Shown here piece by piece: positions 10,294 through 21,713 of a stretch of 64,000 nt of DNA. The notes below the pieces were generated by a model, which made no database searches, was not told the DNA's origin, and saw nothing but the letters and a program-made list of their open reading frames with translations. Source of the DNA: Takakia lepidozioides (Eukaryota; Plantae; Bryophyta); assembly GCA_030704615.1 (NCBI GenBank), contig CM060731.1, positions 23,374,001 through 23,438,000 of the forward strand. The letters are read 5' to 3'. How positions within the stretch are numbered: position 1 is the stretch's first letter; every line of letters begins with the position of its first letter. The position numbers and the translations under genes are program-made.

Positions 10294-13200
10294 TTACTCA
10301 CAGGCAAAGTCGGAGTCCAGCTCCTTGTCAGAAGTCTCCTCTGTATCAGTATCAGCGGGACGGGGGGTTCGGAAGGACTGAGAAGTGTGTCCACCCAAAC
10401 CCATCAGGAGGTTCTTGTAAATCTCAGCATCCCCTTCAATCCCAAAGAGATGTCGCGCACTGGCCTTGCAAGTGTGGTACGAAGCACCTGCAGTGGAATA
10501 GAATGAAGTAAGCAGACATTGAAGACACATTCGGAACGGTGGAAAGTGCTGAAAGTGCAAGCTCAATCAAAACCTCATGAAATGTGAATGTTGAAGAGAC
10601 GAACCTGTGCCCATCGACAAATCCAGAACTCTGGCGTCTGTGTAGGTGCAGCACTCCACAATCGTTTGAATGAAAGCCGGGCTCCTCTCCCTCGCCCCTC
10701 TCCAAGGAACCCCATTCCCCTTCGCAAGCACACGTTGCTGTCGACGTAGTTGTGATGCATGTCATCCGTGGGAGGATCTGTCCTGTCATCTATGAACTTG
10801 CCCCGTGAGTGATGGCAACTCCGTAATGCCGGCCGGAGTCGTTGGTGGATGCACCGGACGAGACAAACAGCTTCAAACAGACGAGTCTGCAAACATGACA
10901 TCCACAAGGAACTAAGAACCAAAAAAAATCGGGCCCCTACATATGAGTTCGAGCGACCTATACAACACAATCCCAGAACAAAAAAGAAGAGGAAGAAGAA
11001 GGGAAACTCACCATCTCTCCCGGACGATCCCCTTCGTAAGGTACATGCTGTTCACACAATTCCATGTCTTCACGACTCTCATGCCCGAGGCTTTCAAATA
11101 GCTGGCAAGGGCACGGCGACACCGAACATCGATGGACTGGATGAGCACCAAAACACCTGCATCGGAAAGGAAGAAGTTGCAAAAGGAAAAAACCCACCGC
11201 CAGTAGCGCTCATCAAATGCATTCCAACCCGGACAAGCACCCGATGGAGGGATATCCGGGACTACCAACCATCAGGGATGTCCAAGATGATGAGTTCGGC
11301 TGCATATGGCTTCTCCTTCCCGTTCACCCACGATTTGGTCATTTTAGCCTGCAAACAAAAATAAAATGGAATTCTGACAAGTTTATAAACGATCCATGCC
11401 CACAGACAGACAAAGAGAGCAGAAGCCACAGAACCCAAAGAGAACACGCACCGTGCTGAGGAACTCGACAATCCTCTCCCACACTGGTGATGGCTTGCCC
11501 TTGTAATCAGATTTCTTCGACTCCATCATGGCAAGGAACCCGACGTTGGCAATCTCCAACCTGGTTGGGCGAATGACCCTCGTGGGATGTTCCACTGCAT
11601 GGTACGGGTCCTTGGGATCAACCACCCCTTGTTTTTTCTCCCGGATCCCCTACCATGCGGTGGAGTCTGCTGGACATGCTCCACAGGGCCAATAGCTGCA
11701 ACACTTCCCTGCCCTTGTGCCACCTTCCCTCTACCCTTCCCTTCCCCACAACACCAGCAACATCTTTTCCCTTTGCCTTTCTTCCTCTACCCGGGGTATC
11801 CTGAGTGGGAGGCTCCTTCTCTGCAAGAGTCCTCAGATTACGCTCATGAATGTCGAGGTCCGCTGCTGCGGCCGGCAGTGGCTGCAATACGGTCATTCTC
11901 TCTCCTCAAAGACACCTCTACAGCTGGGGTCTCTGAAGGAGGGCAATCCAAATACCAACCACAAGAAGAAAGATGGTCTGGGCCCCAGTCATGCAAGATC
12001 CCAGCAGTGAACATGGTCTGGTTGCCAGCAGGGACAAGCCAAAGGTCCACGAAATCTGGATGTTTGTCCAGCAATTCTCTTCCAGGAGAACAAACTTAAT
12101 GTACCTGCAGGAACAGACACAGCCTCATTTTCCAATGCACATATTGTGTCCCAGATTTTTCATCACACCAGGAAGACCCCCCTTAAACAGTATGCCACAC
12201 AACACATTGCAACCACAACAGAAGTAAAGAGTGCAAGGGTGTGCACCTGTAAAGGCATCGTTTCCAGGCTTCCTCTCCTTTTTCCTGCTGGTCAAGCTCA
12301 TTTGTTCGACTGATGCCACCCTCCTTGCTGAACTCTCTAAAGAAACCAAGAGTGCCACACTGTGGCTCTCCATTTCCTCATGTATGCTTCGAAGGAGACC
12401 TTCGGAGCTGTCATAGTGATGCCATAGTCAGCCAGCTGAGTATGCAGAAACCGATCGGGCCCTTTCTTCCAACTGCAAAACAATTGAAATGGAAGAATGA
12501 ACCAAAAAACATCACAGCGAATGTAAGAGGCAATGGGAAGAGAAGGACAGGAAAAGAGAAAAGAAAGTGAGATACGAGAGGACATCACACCTGGCTCCAG
12601 TAAGTGGCCTTGTGAAGCCAGGTGTCCAGCACATTGTCACTGACAGGAACGACACGCTGGGTCTTCTTCTCTTTCTCTGGCCTTGGGAACATGTGGGTAT
12701 CCCTAACTGTGGGATCGGAGTTCCATATCTGTAGCCACTTCACCTTCTGTTCAGAAGACACGACGGCGGTAGACAACCTGTGCAACTTCTCCTGGGCCAT
12801 CTCGGCTTGCCTGGCTTGTTATAATGGTTTTTTATCTCCAGGAGAAACTGCGGCCCGAATGATGGTCGGCAATTCTCAACTGCTTCACAAAAGCACTCAT
12901 TATTGTCCTTCTTGTAGCGTTCATCTCCTTCTGGATGTGACTTTCAACCCCCTTTGCTGTCCTTCTCTCCTCAGGGGTAGAGCTGTAGTATTCCAGTTTG
13001 CCACGCTCCCCTGCATCTGCAATGTCTTGCTGCAAGGGAATGCAAGAGAGTTGCATCAATCCAAGGTCAAGGGAGACAGACAGAAACAAACATGTGGAAG
13101 CAGGAATATGGAAAGGCCAGATGAAGGAAGATGTATCTCACCGTGTACATGTACTCCATGAAAGCCTCACGGGTCAACGAGTACCACGTTTCCGAAGTCT

Positions 13201-16200
13201 TGGAGCTTTCGCATTTCTTATACATCTCTGCCGAAAGGATGGTCTTGAAGTTGGTCAAGGGCATCTGCCCGATCCTTTGTATCCTACAGTGTGTGAACCA
13301 GACTCGTTTTGACATGCGATGTCTCCGTCCCTCTGCAGAATGATATCTGAATTTCAGAATGTAATTCAAGGACTTGAATCAAGGAAGAACGGAACCAGAA
13401 GTGCAACATGTACAATGAGAAACCAACCTGTTCACATCATTCATTGCCGTCAGAAGACCCATCATGTTGTCGTCACAATCAAGCACCATCGATCGAACAG
13501 AGTAATGCCACTCTTCCTCCTGTGAGTGCAGCCTCCCAATGACAGCCATCCATGCAAGCAACCGGTGGTTGCCATCCCAAACGTGAAACATCTTCCCTGA
13601 GAATACCTGGGTGGAAGGTTTCCTGGAGAGAAGAAGTTCGAAGGATTCGTTCACCTGTCTCCAAATGGGGTCCCAGGAGTCGACGATTGACTCATCCACA
13701 AGGAGCTCGTTACCTCTAGAATCCCTAGTAGAAACGTAAAAGACTGCGGATCCATCCAAATACCCATGAACAAACTCGGCCTCCAGCTTGAGAATGTCTT
13801 TGACAAGGGGTGGACGAACGACGGGCATGGAAACCAACCTACACAGGGGAATCTTCAACCTCCCACCAGGAGCAAACATACTTTGCACCACAAGCTGAGA
13901 GTTCACCTTTTGACCCCCAGCATCTCAGCGGCTTTGCTTTCATAAAACTCATCGTCAACATCAACTATGGTCTCCTTCCCCTGACCCGAGGGACCTCATC
14001 CGCCACACTTTGCATTTCTCCTGCAAGGTTGTTCACTCAAATCTTATAAGAGAGGCATGAAACGTCGATGATGCATGAAAAAGTGGGATCAAACAGGTAA
14101 GTGTTCTTGAGCTGTTCATTGATCCTCGGACCTGCCCTATGTTGCCGATTTTCACAGGGAAAGAACATTGAAAAGTTCTGCTCAAACAGTGTGCGTTGCC
14201 GCACACTGTTTGAGCTGGCATTCATTTCATCCTCAGATATCTGCCCATGAGGCCGAATTGTGCCTTAAATATTGAATGTTCAGCTCAAACAGTGTGCGTT
14301 GCCGCACACTGTTGGGCTGACAGTGAAGGTTCATTCATCCTCAGAAAGGTGCCCCTGAAGTCCAAATTTTGCACCCTAAAACATTGAAATGTTCAGCTCA
14401 AACAGTGTGCGTTGCCGCACACTGTTTGGGCTGACAGTGAAGGGTTCATTTCATCCTCAGATAGGTGCCCCTGAAGTCCAAATTTTGCACCCTGAAACAT
14501 TGAAATGTTCAGCTCAAACAGTGTGCGTTGCCGCACACTGTTTGAGCTGGCAGTGAAGGGTTCATTTCACCCTCAGTGACTGCAAGACCAAATTTTGCAC
14601 CCTAAAACATTGAAAAGTTCTGCTCAAACAGTGTGCGTTGCCGCACACTGTTTGAGCTGGTAGGGTTCATTTCATCCTCAGAAAGGTGCCCCTGAAGTCC
14701 AAATTTTGCACCCTAAAACATTGAAATGTTCAGCTCAAACAGTGTGCGTTGCCGCACACTGTTTGGGCTGACAGTGAAGGGTCATTTCATCCTGTCCAGA
14801 ACATTGTTCAGCTCAAACAGTGTGCGTTGCCGCACACCAGTGAAGGGTTCATTTCATCCCAGCAAATTTGAACATTGAAATGTTCTGTGCGTTGCCGCAC
14901 ACTGTTTGAGCTGGCAGTGAAGGGTTCATTTCATCCTCAGAAACCCCTGAAGTCCAAATTTTGCACCCTAAAACATTGAAATGCTCAGCTCAAACAGTGT
15001 GCGGCGCACACTGTTTGAGCTGCAGTGCAGGGTTCATTTCATCCTCAGAAAGGTGCCCTGAAGTCCAAATTTTGCACCCTAAAACATTGAAATGTTCAGC
15101 TCAAACAGTGTGCGTTGCCGCACACTGTTTGGCTGACAGTGAAGGGTTCATTTCATCCTCAGATAGGTGCCCCTGAAGTCCAAATTTTGCACCCTAAAAC
15201 ATTGAAATGTTCAGCTCAAACAGTGTGCGTTGCCGCACACTGTTTGGGCTGACATGAAGGGTTCATTTCATCCTCAAAAGGTGCCCTGAAGTCCAAATTT
15301 TGCACCCCAAAACATTGAAATGTTCAGCTCAAACAGTGTGCGTTGCCGCACACTGTTTGGGCTGACAGTGAAGGGTTCATTTCATCCTCAGATAGGTGCC
15401 CCTGAAGTCCAAATTTTGCACCCTGAACATTGAAATGTTCAGCTCAAACAGTGTGCGTTGCCGCACACTGTTTGAGTGGCAGTGAAGGGTTCATTTCACA
15501 CCTCAGATAACTGACTGCAAGACCAAATTTGCACCCTAAAACATTGAAAAGATTGCTCAAACAGTGTGCGTTGCCGCACACTGTTTGGCTGGCAGTGAAG
15601 GGTTCATTTCATCCTCAGAAAGGTGCCCCTGAAGTCCAAATTTTGCACCCTAAAAACATTGAAATGTTCAGCTCAAACAGTGTGCGTTGCCGCACACTGT
15701 TGGGGCTGACAGTGAAGGGTTCATTTCATCCTCAGATAGGTGCCCTGAAGTCCAAATTTTGCACCCTGAAACATTGAAATGTTCAGCTCAAACAGTGTGC
15801 GTTGCCGCACACTGTTTGAGCTGGCAGTGAAGGGTCATTTCACCCTCAGATAACTGACCCAAGACCAAATTTTGCACCCCTAAAACATTGAAAAGATCGC
15901 TCAAACAGTGTGCGTTGCCGCACACTGTTTGAGCTGGCAGTGCAGGGTTCATTTCATCCTCAGAAAGGTGCCCCTGAAGTCCAAATTTGCACCCTAAACA
16001 TTGAAATGTTCAGCTCAAACAGTGTGCGTTGCACACGTTTGAGCTGGCAGTGAAGGGGGTTCATTCACCGCAGATAACTGACTGCAAGGCCAAATTTTGC
16101 ACCCTAAAACATTGAAAAGATCTGCTCAAACAGTGTGCGTTGCCGCACACTGTTTGAGCTGGAAGTGAAGGGTTCATTTCATCCTCAGAAAGGTGTCGTT

Positions 16201-16934
16201 GAAGGAAGAATTTTGCACCCTTAAACAGTGACATGTGCAGCTCAAACAGTGTGCGGCAACGCACACTGTTTGAGCTGCCACTGAATGGTTCTTTCATCCT
16301 CAGAAAGGTGTCATTGAAGGAAGAATTTTGCACCCTTAAACAGTGATATGTGCAGCTCAAACAGTGTGCGGCAACGCACACTGTTTGAGCTGCCACTGAA
16401 TGGTTCTTTCTTTCTCAAATACCTGCCCTTGAAGGCCGAATTCTTCACAAATGTGGGTCCTGTAGATTTTACCTTTTTCGTGGCTACTCGAGACGACTCC
16501 CCAATTGCCGGGGACCCTTTCCGCTTCGGGCTGCTCTCTTCGCCGACTATGTAGGTGAGCCTCTCCCCCTTCCTCTTTCCCGTAGTCAGATTCTTCGTGA
16601 GGCCAGTGTCAACATCTTCCTCCATGTCGTCTGTCTCTCCGTCAGACGCAGTGTCCTCCTCGCCTGTTCCTGGAACTATGGTGGGTTGTTGTTCTTCTCC
16701 AGATTCCTGCTCCTCCATCGCCACACTTTCCTGTATTCCCTCTTCTTCCTCCTTTTCCTCTTCCTCCACTCTTTCCATCCTCATTCTATATCTGGCTCTA
16801 TTCCTGTTTCTAGAACTCGTGAAGTATAATGACTTCCTTCTCTTTCTCCTCCGCTGGAAACAAGGGCTCCCCACGATGCCATTGGAGCTCTCCAGTTTGA
16901 CGTTTGCAACAAGTGCTGGTATCGCATGTAACAA
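10294..16934 (-). CDS. Multi-exon gene, copy 2: acidic/basic N-terminus + ParB/Sulfiredoxin-like domain + central unknown region + beta-class N4/N6 DNA methyltransferase fold. Several frameshifts/stops; true start uncertain.
   Basis: ParB-like RLKIPLCRL..VRP..FHVWDGNHRLLAW (13379-13906). Motif IV-like ELIILDIPDG (~11265-11295). WRGARERSPAFIQTIVECCT..ARVLDLSMGT splices (intron ~10489-10604) to GASYHTCKASARHLFGIEGDAEIY, equivalent to DPFMGSGTT..A....R..IGIE.D..Y. Upstream exon 16934-16423 joins in phase to an acceptor at 14020. Confidence 0.75.
14164..16442. repeat. Tandem array of 21 ~116-bp units, each with palindrome CAGCTCAAACAGTGTGCG-TTGC-CGCACACTGTTTGAGCTG
   Basis: Palindrome cores at ~14180, 14281, 14394, 14510, 14620, 14731, 14809, 14885, 14986, 15096, 15212, 15325, 15440, 15554, 15669, 15784, 15899, 16011, 16123, 16237, 16352. 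Linkers are near-identical with a few recurring variants; some units are truncated. Confidence 0.97.
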
Positions 16935-17718
16935 AAATCAAAATGGACGTTGTCAACCGTATTTGGATGCGGGTGTGTTGATATTGTGTGCGAACGGAAT
17001 TCATCCATTTTGGCGTCTTTGTATTACCCAGCTAATAAAGCGCCGAAGAAAAAGAGCATCCGTTGCATGCATTTGCGATATATGTCAGATGTACTTCGCC
17101 GCCTGCCAATACATGGCGGCCTCCTTGCCTTCTTTCAAATTCGAATGTGCCGTAGAAATGTAGTGCTTTTTCAATTCCGAGCAGTTCTTCCAGATTCGCA
17201 ATAATTGTTATGCTTCACATATGCATCCACGTGTGTTGTACTGCCTGCCCTGTGGTTTTCATTTTGCCGTGACCGTCCCCATGGGGTCATTCGGTATAAA
17301 GGATTGTGTCGGATATGACCATGTGTTGCACACATTCGTGCGAGGTATCTCTTGGAGTGTCAGTGTTGTTCTGTGCTATTCTGGCACAACACAATCTCAT
17401 TACAATCGGATCTTCCTGTTTACTGCTCTCCAGGGTTGTTGCCGTCATTTCATAATGGATGGTTTCATGTCATTTTCAGGGTTTGTTTTCCATCCAAAAA
17501 CAACACGGCTTCTTGTGGCTCTGGTCTTTCAAAACAGTTTTTCTGGTTGGTGGGAGGTGAAGGTGCACGTCATCCCTACATCCTTTGCATGCATCGCCGG
17601 CAGCCTTTGGTTTGGTGCTACCCTTGTTGACCTCAGTTTGCTTGTGGTATTTCCACTTTCGATAATTACGGGCTCTCAGTTCGGGGATTCCGTTCTGAAT
17701 CGCCACTTTCGTTCAGTG

Positions 17719-20700
17719 ATGGAAAACATGTCGAGGGAGCGAGATGCACTCGCTCGATTCCATTCCAATGCAGGTACTCTTCCACTGACTGCCATGCAGA
17801 CGACGATGGGTATGCAGTTGTTCATGAGGATGAGCTAGTTACAGTGTTCCCGCTGGAGTTGGGTTCTCTGCTTGTTCAGAAAGAGGTGTATGACGAGGAT
17901 GGGAATTTGGATTCTGGGCACTTGGAGAAACCTTTGGTTTGCGAGTGTGGAAGGAAGTGGAGAGTCCTTCCAGGAACATACCGTGTCCTTGGAAAAGAGA
18001 GAAGACAATCAGCAGGATCAGTCGTTACCCCTGGCACTGCAGCATCGGTCGTGCAACAGAAGGGCACAGTTCCTGTGAAACAAGAGGTGAGCACATCCAC
18101 TACCTTCGTGACTCTTTCAGACTCGTCCTCGGAGGATGTTTCTGAGATTCCTCCGCCAGTGCAAACTCCCTTATTGGATGATGACGAATTGCAAGAGATA
18201 ACGAGTGTCATTCCAAAATTGAAAGCCCTCGCAGGTGTGCCTGGGTGCAAGAGCGAGCTACGTTTTGTTGATTGGGAGTCCCTTCCAGTGCAACGGGTTC
18301 AATACGTGCCAGCTCAGTTTGATGGGGACATCTTGTTTGAGCTCAACCCTCCCACGTCTTCCAGTGGACTGGCTGGGCTTCTGCAGGGCATGGACAAGAA
18401 ACATGACGGACATCCTTGGTGCAGGACAAAAACGTCGAACATCCATAACGACATTGGCTTGAAATTTCGGAGGTCGGTTTGCGTTGGGCATTGCAAGTGC
18501 CTGAATATTTCTTGCCCTCGGCTGAGAAACAACGCTCAGCCAAACGAAAGTGAGTGGGAAGGTGTGCCCCTGTCTTGCATCGATGTGCCACCTGATACAT
18601 ACGAGCGTGGCAAACAGAAACACAGGACGGGGAAAGTTTGCAGAACCTGCACACAAAAGTATTGGTCTTGGGAGGTGCAAGCCCTGGGGTGAAAGGACAA
18701 TGACTCGTGCCTGCATTCATATGGGTGCACACGAGCATCCTGTGTCCAAAGGGAGTTGCAGGGATAGCGTGGACATCGCTAGAAATCTACTGAAGCAAGA
18801 GTTCCACAATGCCCCTTGTGCAACACCTTCTGCTATAGCGCTTGCAGCTAGCAAGGCATTCCTGGAAAAACACATACTGGGTGAAGGGGATGCGACACAA
18901 CCAATGCTGGATGCAGATTCCCTTGAGGCAGTCATGGACCATTTCTCCGTGTTGAGCTCTCCCAATATTCGAAACCAGGTGAATGCACTCAGAATGGGCA
19001 CAGGCACTGCTGGATTCATGGACAACATTATGGACCTCAAACGGAGGAGTCGCTATGAATTCATTCAAAACAGTATCTTCCCTGGCCAGGGCTTGTCCAA
19101 AGTGTATTTGTTCAAGATGTCCGCTGTGGGCCAAGGCAGTGGTGTGAGCATTGTCCGCCGAATGCAACCTGGAGGAGATTTGGCTAAATGTTGGTTAATG
19201 TTTGATCACTGCAAACGGGTGAAGGGTTGGACAACCATGGCGTGCCATGTGTATGATCCAGCGTACCAGCGTGTGCTCTCCATAGCAATTTGTGATATGC
19301 AGTCGGAGGACACTGAATCCCAGATGCTCATGTGGAATTCCCTCCTGGCCGTCATGCAGCGCAATGGAATACAGAACACAAATTTTGCGGGCTTCATGGC
19401 TGATAGTGCACAGGCAAATTTCAATGCAGTGCGGCGCGTGTTTGGTTCGGGGGATCCTAAGGTCCCAATGGAAAATAGGGAGCGCACATGCCTCTTCCAT
19501 TGGAGTCAATCTCTGGCACGTCATACAAAGCGCTGCATTCGCCCTGACCTTCAGTTGGAGCATAGAAGGCTCTGTCTGAAGTACAAGAATGCCACCTCAA
19601 TGGGAGAAGCTGAGAGCACTTACCAGGCAATCCGGGCTTGGTGGTTCTCCTCTGGTGCTGCTACAGGTATCCACCTGAAGGAGTTGGAGGACTGGTTGGT
19701 TTTCTGGCACTTCAGGTACAGACAGTGGGGAGCTTTCATGACGACGGTAAGCCTGACAAGTTTTCCTTAAACACAAATTGCACTTTGCATCGTGCCTGTT
19801 CATTTGGGGTTGTTCGATTGTCACTTGAAGAACCTCTACCATTTCTTTTCCTTCCTCACATTTCCATGCAATGCCTCCTGCAGGACATGTCCTTGGAGGA
19901 CTTGGCCGACATGCCATCGTGTAATTTGGCAGAGACTGTTCACAACGCCTGGATGCAGCAGTCTACCAAAGCAGGTCGTGACTTGTATGTGGCCACTGCT
20001 GATGACATGGTGCGGGCACTTACACAACAAACCAGGTACCGCAATTTTCTGATGGGACGGGGTGGAGGGAAGGGCCCCGATACGACTTTGTTGATGCTAA
20101 GGGCTGCGAGTAGGTCCGGAGACCCGTCAAAGATGGCCAGAGCTCTAAACAGGTGCACTGAAGGCTCCCCTCTGCAATCCAGGCTCCCCCATTTGGAAGG
20201 CGAGGAAAGATTTGGATCATGCAAAAGGAAATTAAACACTCTTCCAGGGTCAGATGGAGATTCCCATAGGCCAGACAGGGTCAATTTCTCTGTGCCAAAG
20301 GTGTCTCCAGTGCAGACTAAGTCCTGTGCCGGGCCCTTCCCAGGTGGGTCCTCCTCCTGTGGAGCAGGTGCAGAACATGCAAGCATAGCAGCGGGAATCC
20401 CATTGGAGGAGGTGGTGGCCATGGTGCAGGAATCTGATTGCATTGATAGTGACTGGCATATAGAACGCACCCCACCAGGATCTAGAGTGGCTTGCATGGC
20501 AATTCGGACCCCCTCATTCAAGAAATGCAAATCAAAAATATGCAAAGGCTCCAGGGGGACTCCAGCTCCAACATTCACAGGGTTGTTCCGACCTTATCAT
20601 AGTGGGGAGTCAAAAGAGCACAAGTTTTGGTTCTGCCCAGACGATATGGCACGATGCGTGAAGGGAACAGTTCGTCCTTCCGTGATAATGAAGCCCCTCC

Positions 20701-21294
20701 CCCCGCAATTTGGCCTGTGAAAATTGGGACATCGCTGTCCTCAACCGAGATAAGCATGCTGGAGGAGGGAGGGTTTTGTCTTGCACGGTCCCGGGTGGTG
20801 CCCTTATGCACTGTCGGCACAGATGTGCCACATGCTCCGACAATGCCTCCACCCGGTGCCGACTCCCACCCAACAAAAAGAGATGGAAAAACAGTGCGCC
20901 GTGTTGCTTCGGGTGCAGATCACGAATGCAAGATGGAATCGGCTAGAATTTGCAGGCTCGGGTGACTCGTATCACCGAAGTCCCTTCCCCGGGGTATGGA
21001 CGGATTTACACAGTGCTGTCAATTGGCTCAGTTCTTCATGCCAAAGAATATCAGGTTACCATCGGGAATTTCCCTTCGTGCACTTGTCCGGATTTTGTAA
21101 CGATGCGTGAGGGCGCTCTCGGCATGAGAGGGAAGTGGGTCCCCTGCAAGCATCAATATTACATATACCTTGTAATTATGTGTTGCGACGGTAAGAGAGA
21201 CCAATTCATTCACCAAGCCACACTAGGCTACGGAGAAGTCATCACCCTTCTGCAGCGGGACACCTCGCGTAGAGCTCCGCCAACTTCTCTTTGA
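17719..21294 (+). CDS. Transposase: GCM/WRKY-like zinc DNA-binding domain + MULE-type DDE domain + C-terminal SWIM finger (intron ~19747-19881; frameshifts)
   Basis: DGHPWCRTKTS..RRSVCVGHCKCLNISCP..CIHMGAHEHP (GCM/WRKY-like). Catalytic WLMFDH (~19201), FMADSAQANFNAVRRVF, CLFH (CxxH) and CNLAETVH. SWIM YQVTIGNFPSCTCPDF..PCKHQYY. Confidence 0.85.
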
Positions 21295-21713
21295 ACACAT
21301 ACGAGCCATGCCCGCTTCCCATGCTGGTTTCCAGGTTGCCGTGTGAAGACTTTTCATTTTATGACAAACATATACATTTCGTTCACGGAACCAGGGCAAA
21401 TGCACTTGCGATTCATTGTAAGCGTCTCTCTGTGAATTGAAATAAACTGTGTCAATCATTCTGAGCTCAAATCTGCCATATTTACATATTCCTCTTTTTT
21501 GGCACGCATTGCAGACATGGTGCATGGTGGCCTCCTTTGTTTTGTCCACGGTAATAGGCCCTCTTCCTGCAATCCTCGCCTATAAGACCTGCTTCTCCAG
21601 CAGATTCGTGCCGCTCACGCTTCCCTGAAGCGTGAGCTCAGCTCACGCTTCAAAGCTTGAACGTGAGCTCAGCTCCCAGGCTCACGGGGCTGGGCTCACG
21701 CCGTAGCTATGCT

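Larger units (their letters stand above)
9432..21709. mobile_element. ~12.3 kb DNA transposon carrying a MULE-type DDE transposase, a ParB-MTase gene and a palindromic repeat array
   Basis: TGCT direct repeat at 9428-9431 and 21710-21713. Imperfect inverted ends CGTGAGCC-N6-CGTGAGCCTG with clustered CGTGAGC motifs at 9436-9496 and 21613-21700. The empty site restores the gypsy reading frame. Confidence 0.82.

Noticed and set aside
1-13020. Copies 1 and 2 of ParB-MTase as arms of one large inverted repeat or a misassembly
   Set aside because: They are similar mainly at the protein level, their introns have diverged, and copy 2 has its own element boundaries.
14370-16110. Telomeric/interstitial telomere repeat (CCCTAAA in most units)
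   Set aside because: Only one heptamer per 116-bp unit, often mutated; not a tandem telomere tract.
14961-16396. ORFs within the array (14961-15176, 15529-15777, 16061-16396)
   Set aside because: Translations of a repeat whose unit is not a multiple of 3 and is full of indels.
14164-16442. CRISPR array (palindromic ~36-bp repeat with spacers)
   Set aside because: Linkers are ~75-80 bp and near-identical rather than unique, no cas genes are present, and the context is a spliced eukaryotic TE.
16555-17163. 202-aa Ser-rich ORF on +
   Set aside because: Antisense shadow of the Glu-rich minus-strand exon.
17221-17838. 205-aa hydrophobic ORF upstream of the transposase
   Set aside because: No recognisable motif; probably promoter/UTR/intron, with only the last ~40 codons plausibly being the transposase start.
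1-21709. Bacterial contamination or prophage origin of the ParB/MTase region
   Set aside because: The genes have spliceosomal introns shared between paralogs, are nested in plant retrotransposons and are contiguous with plant genes.
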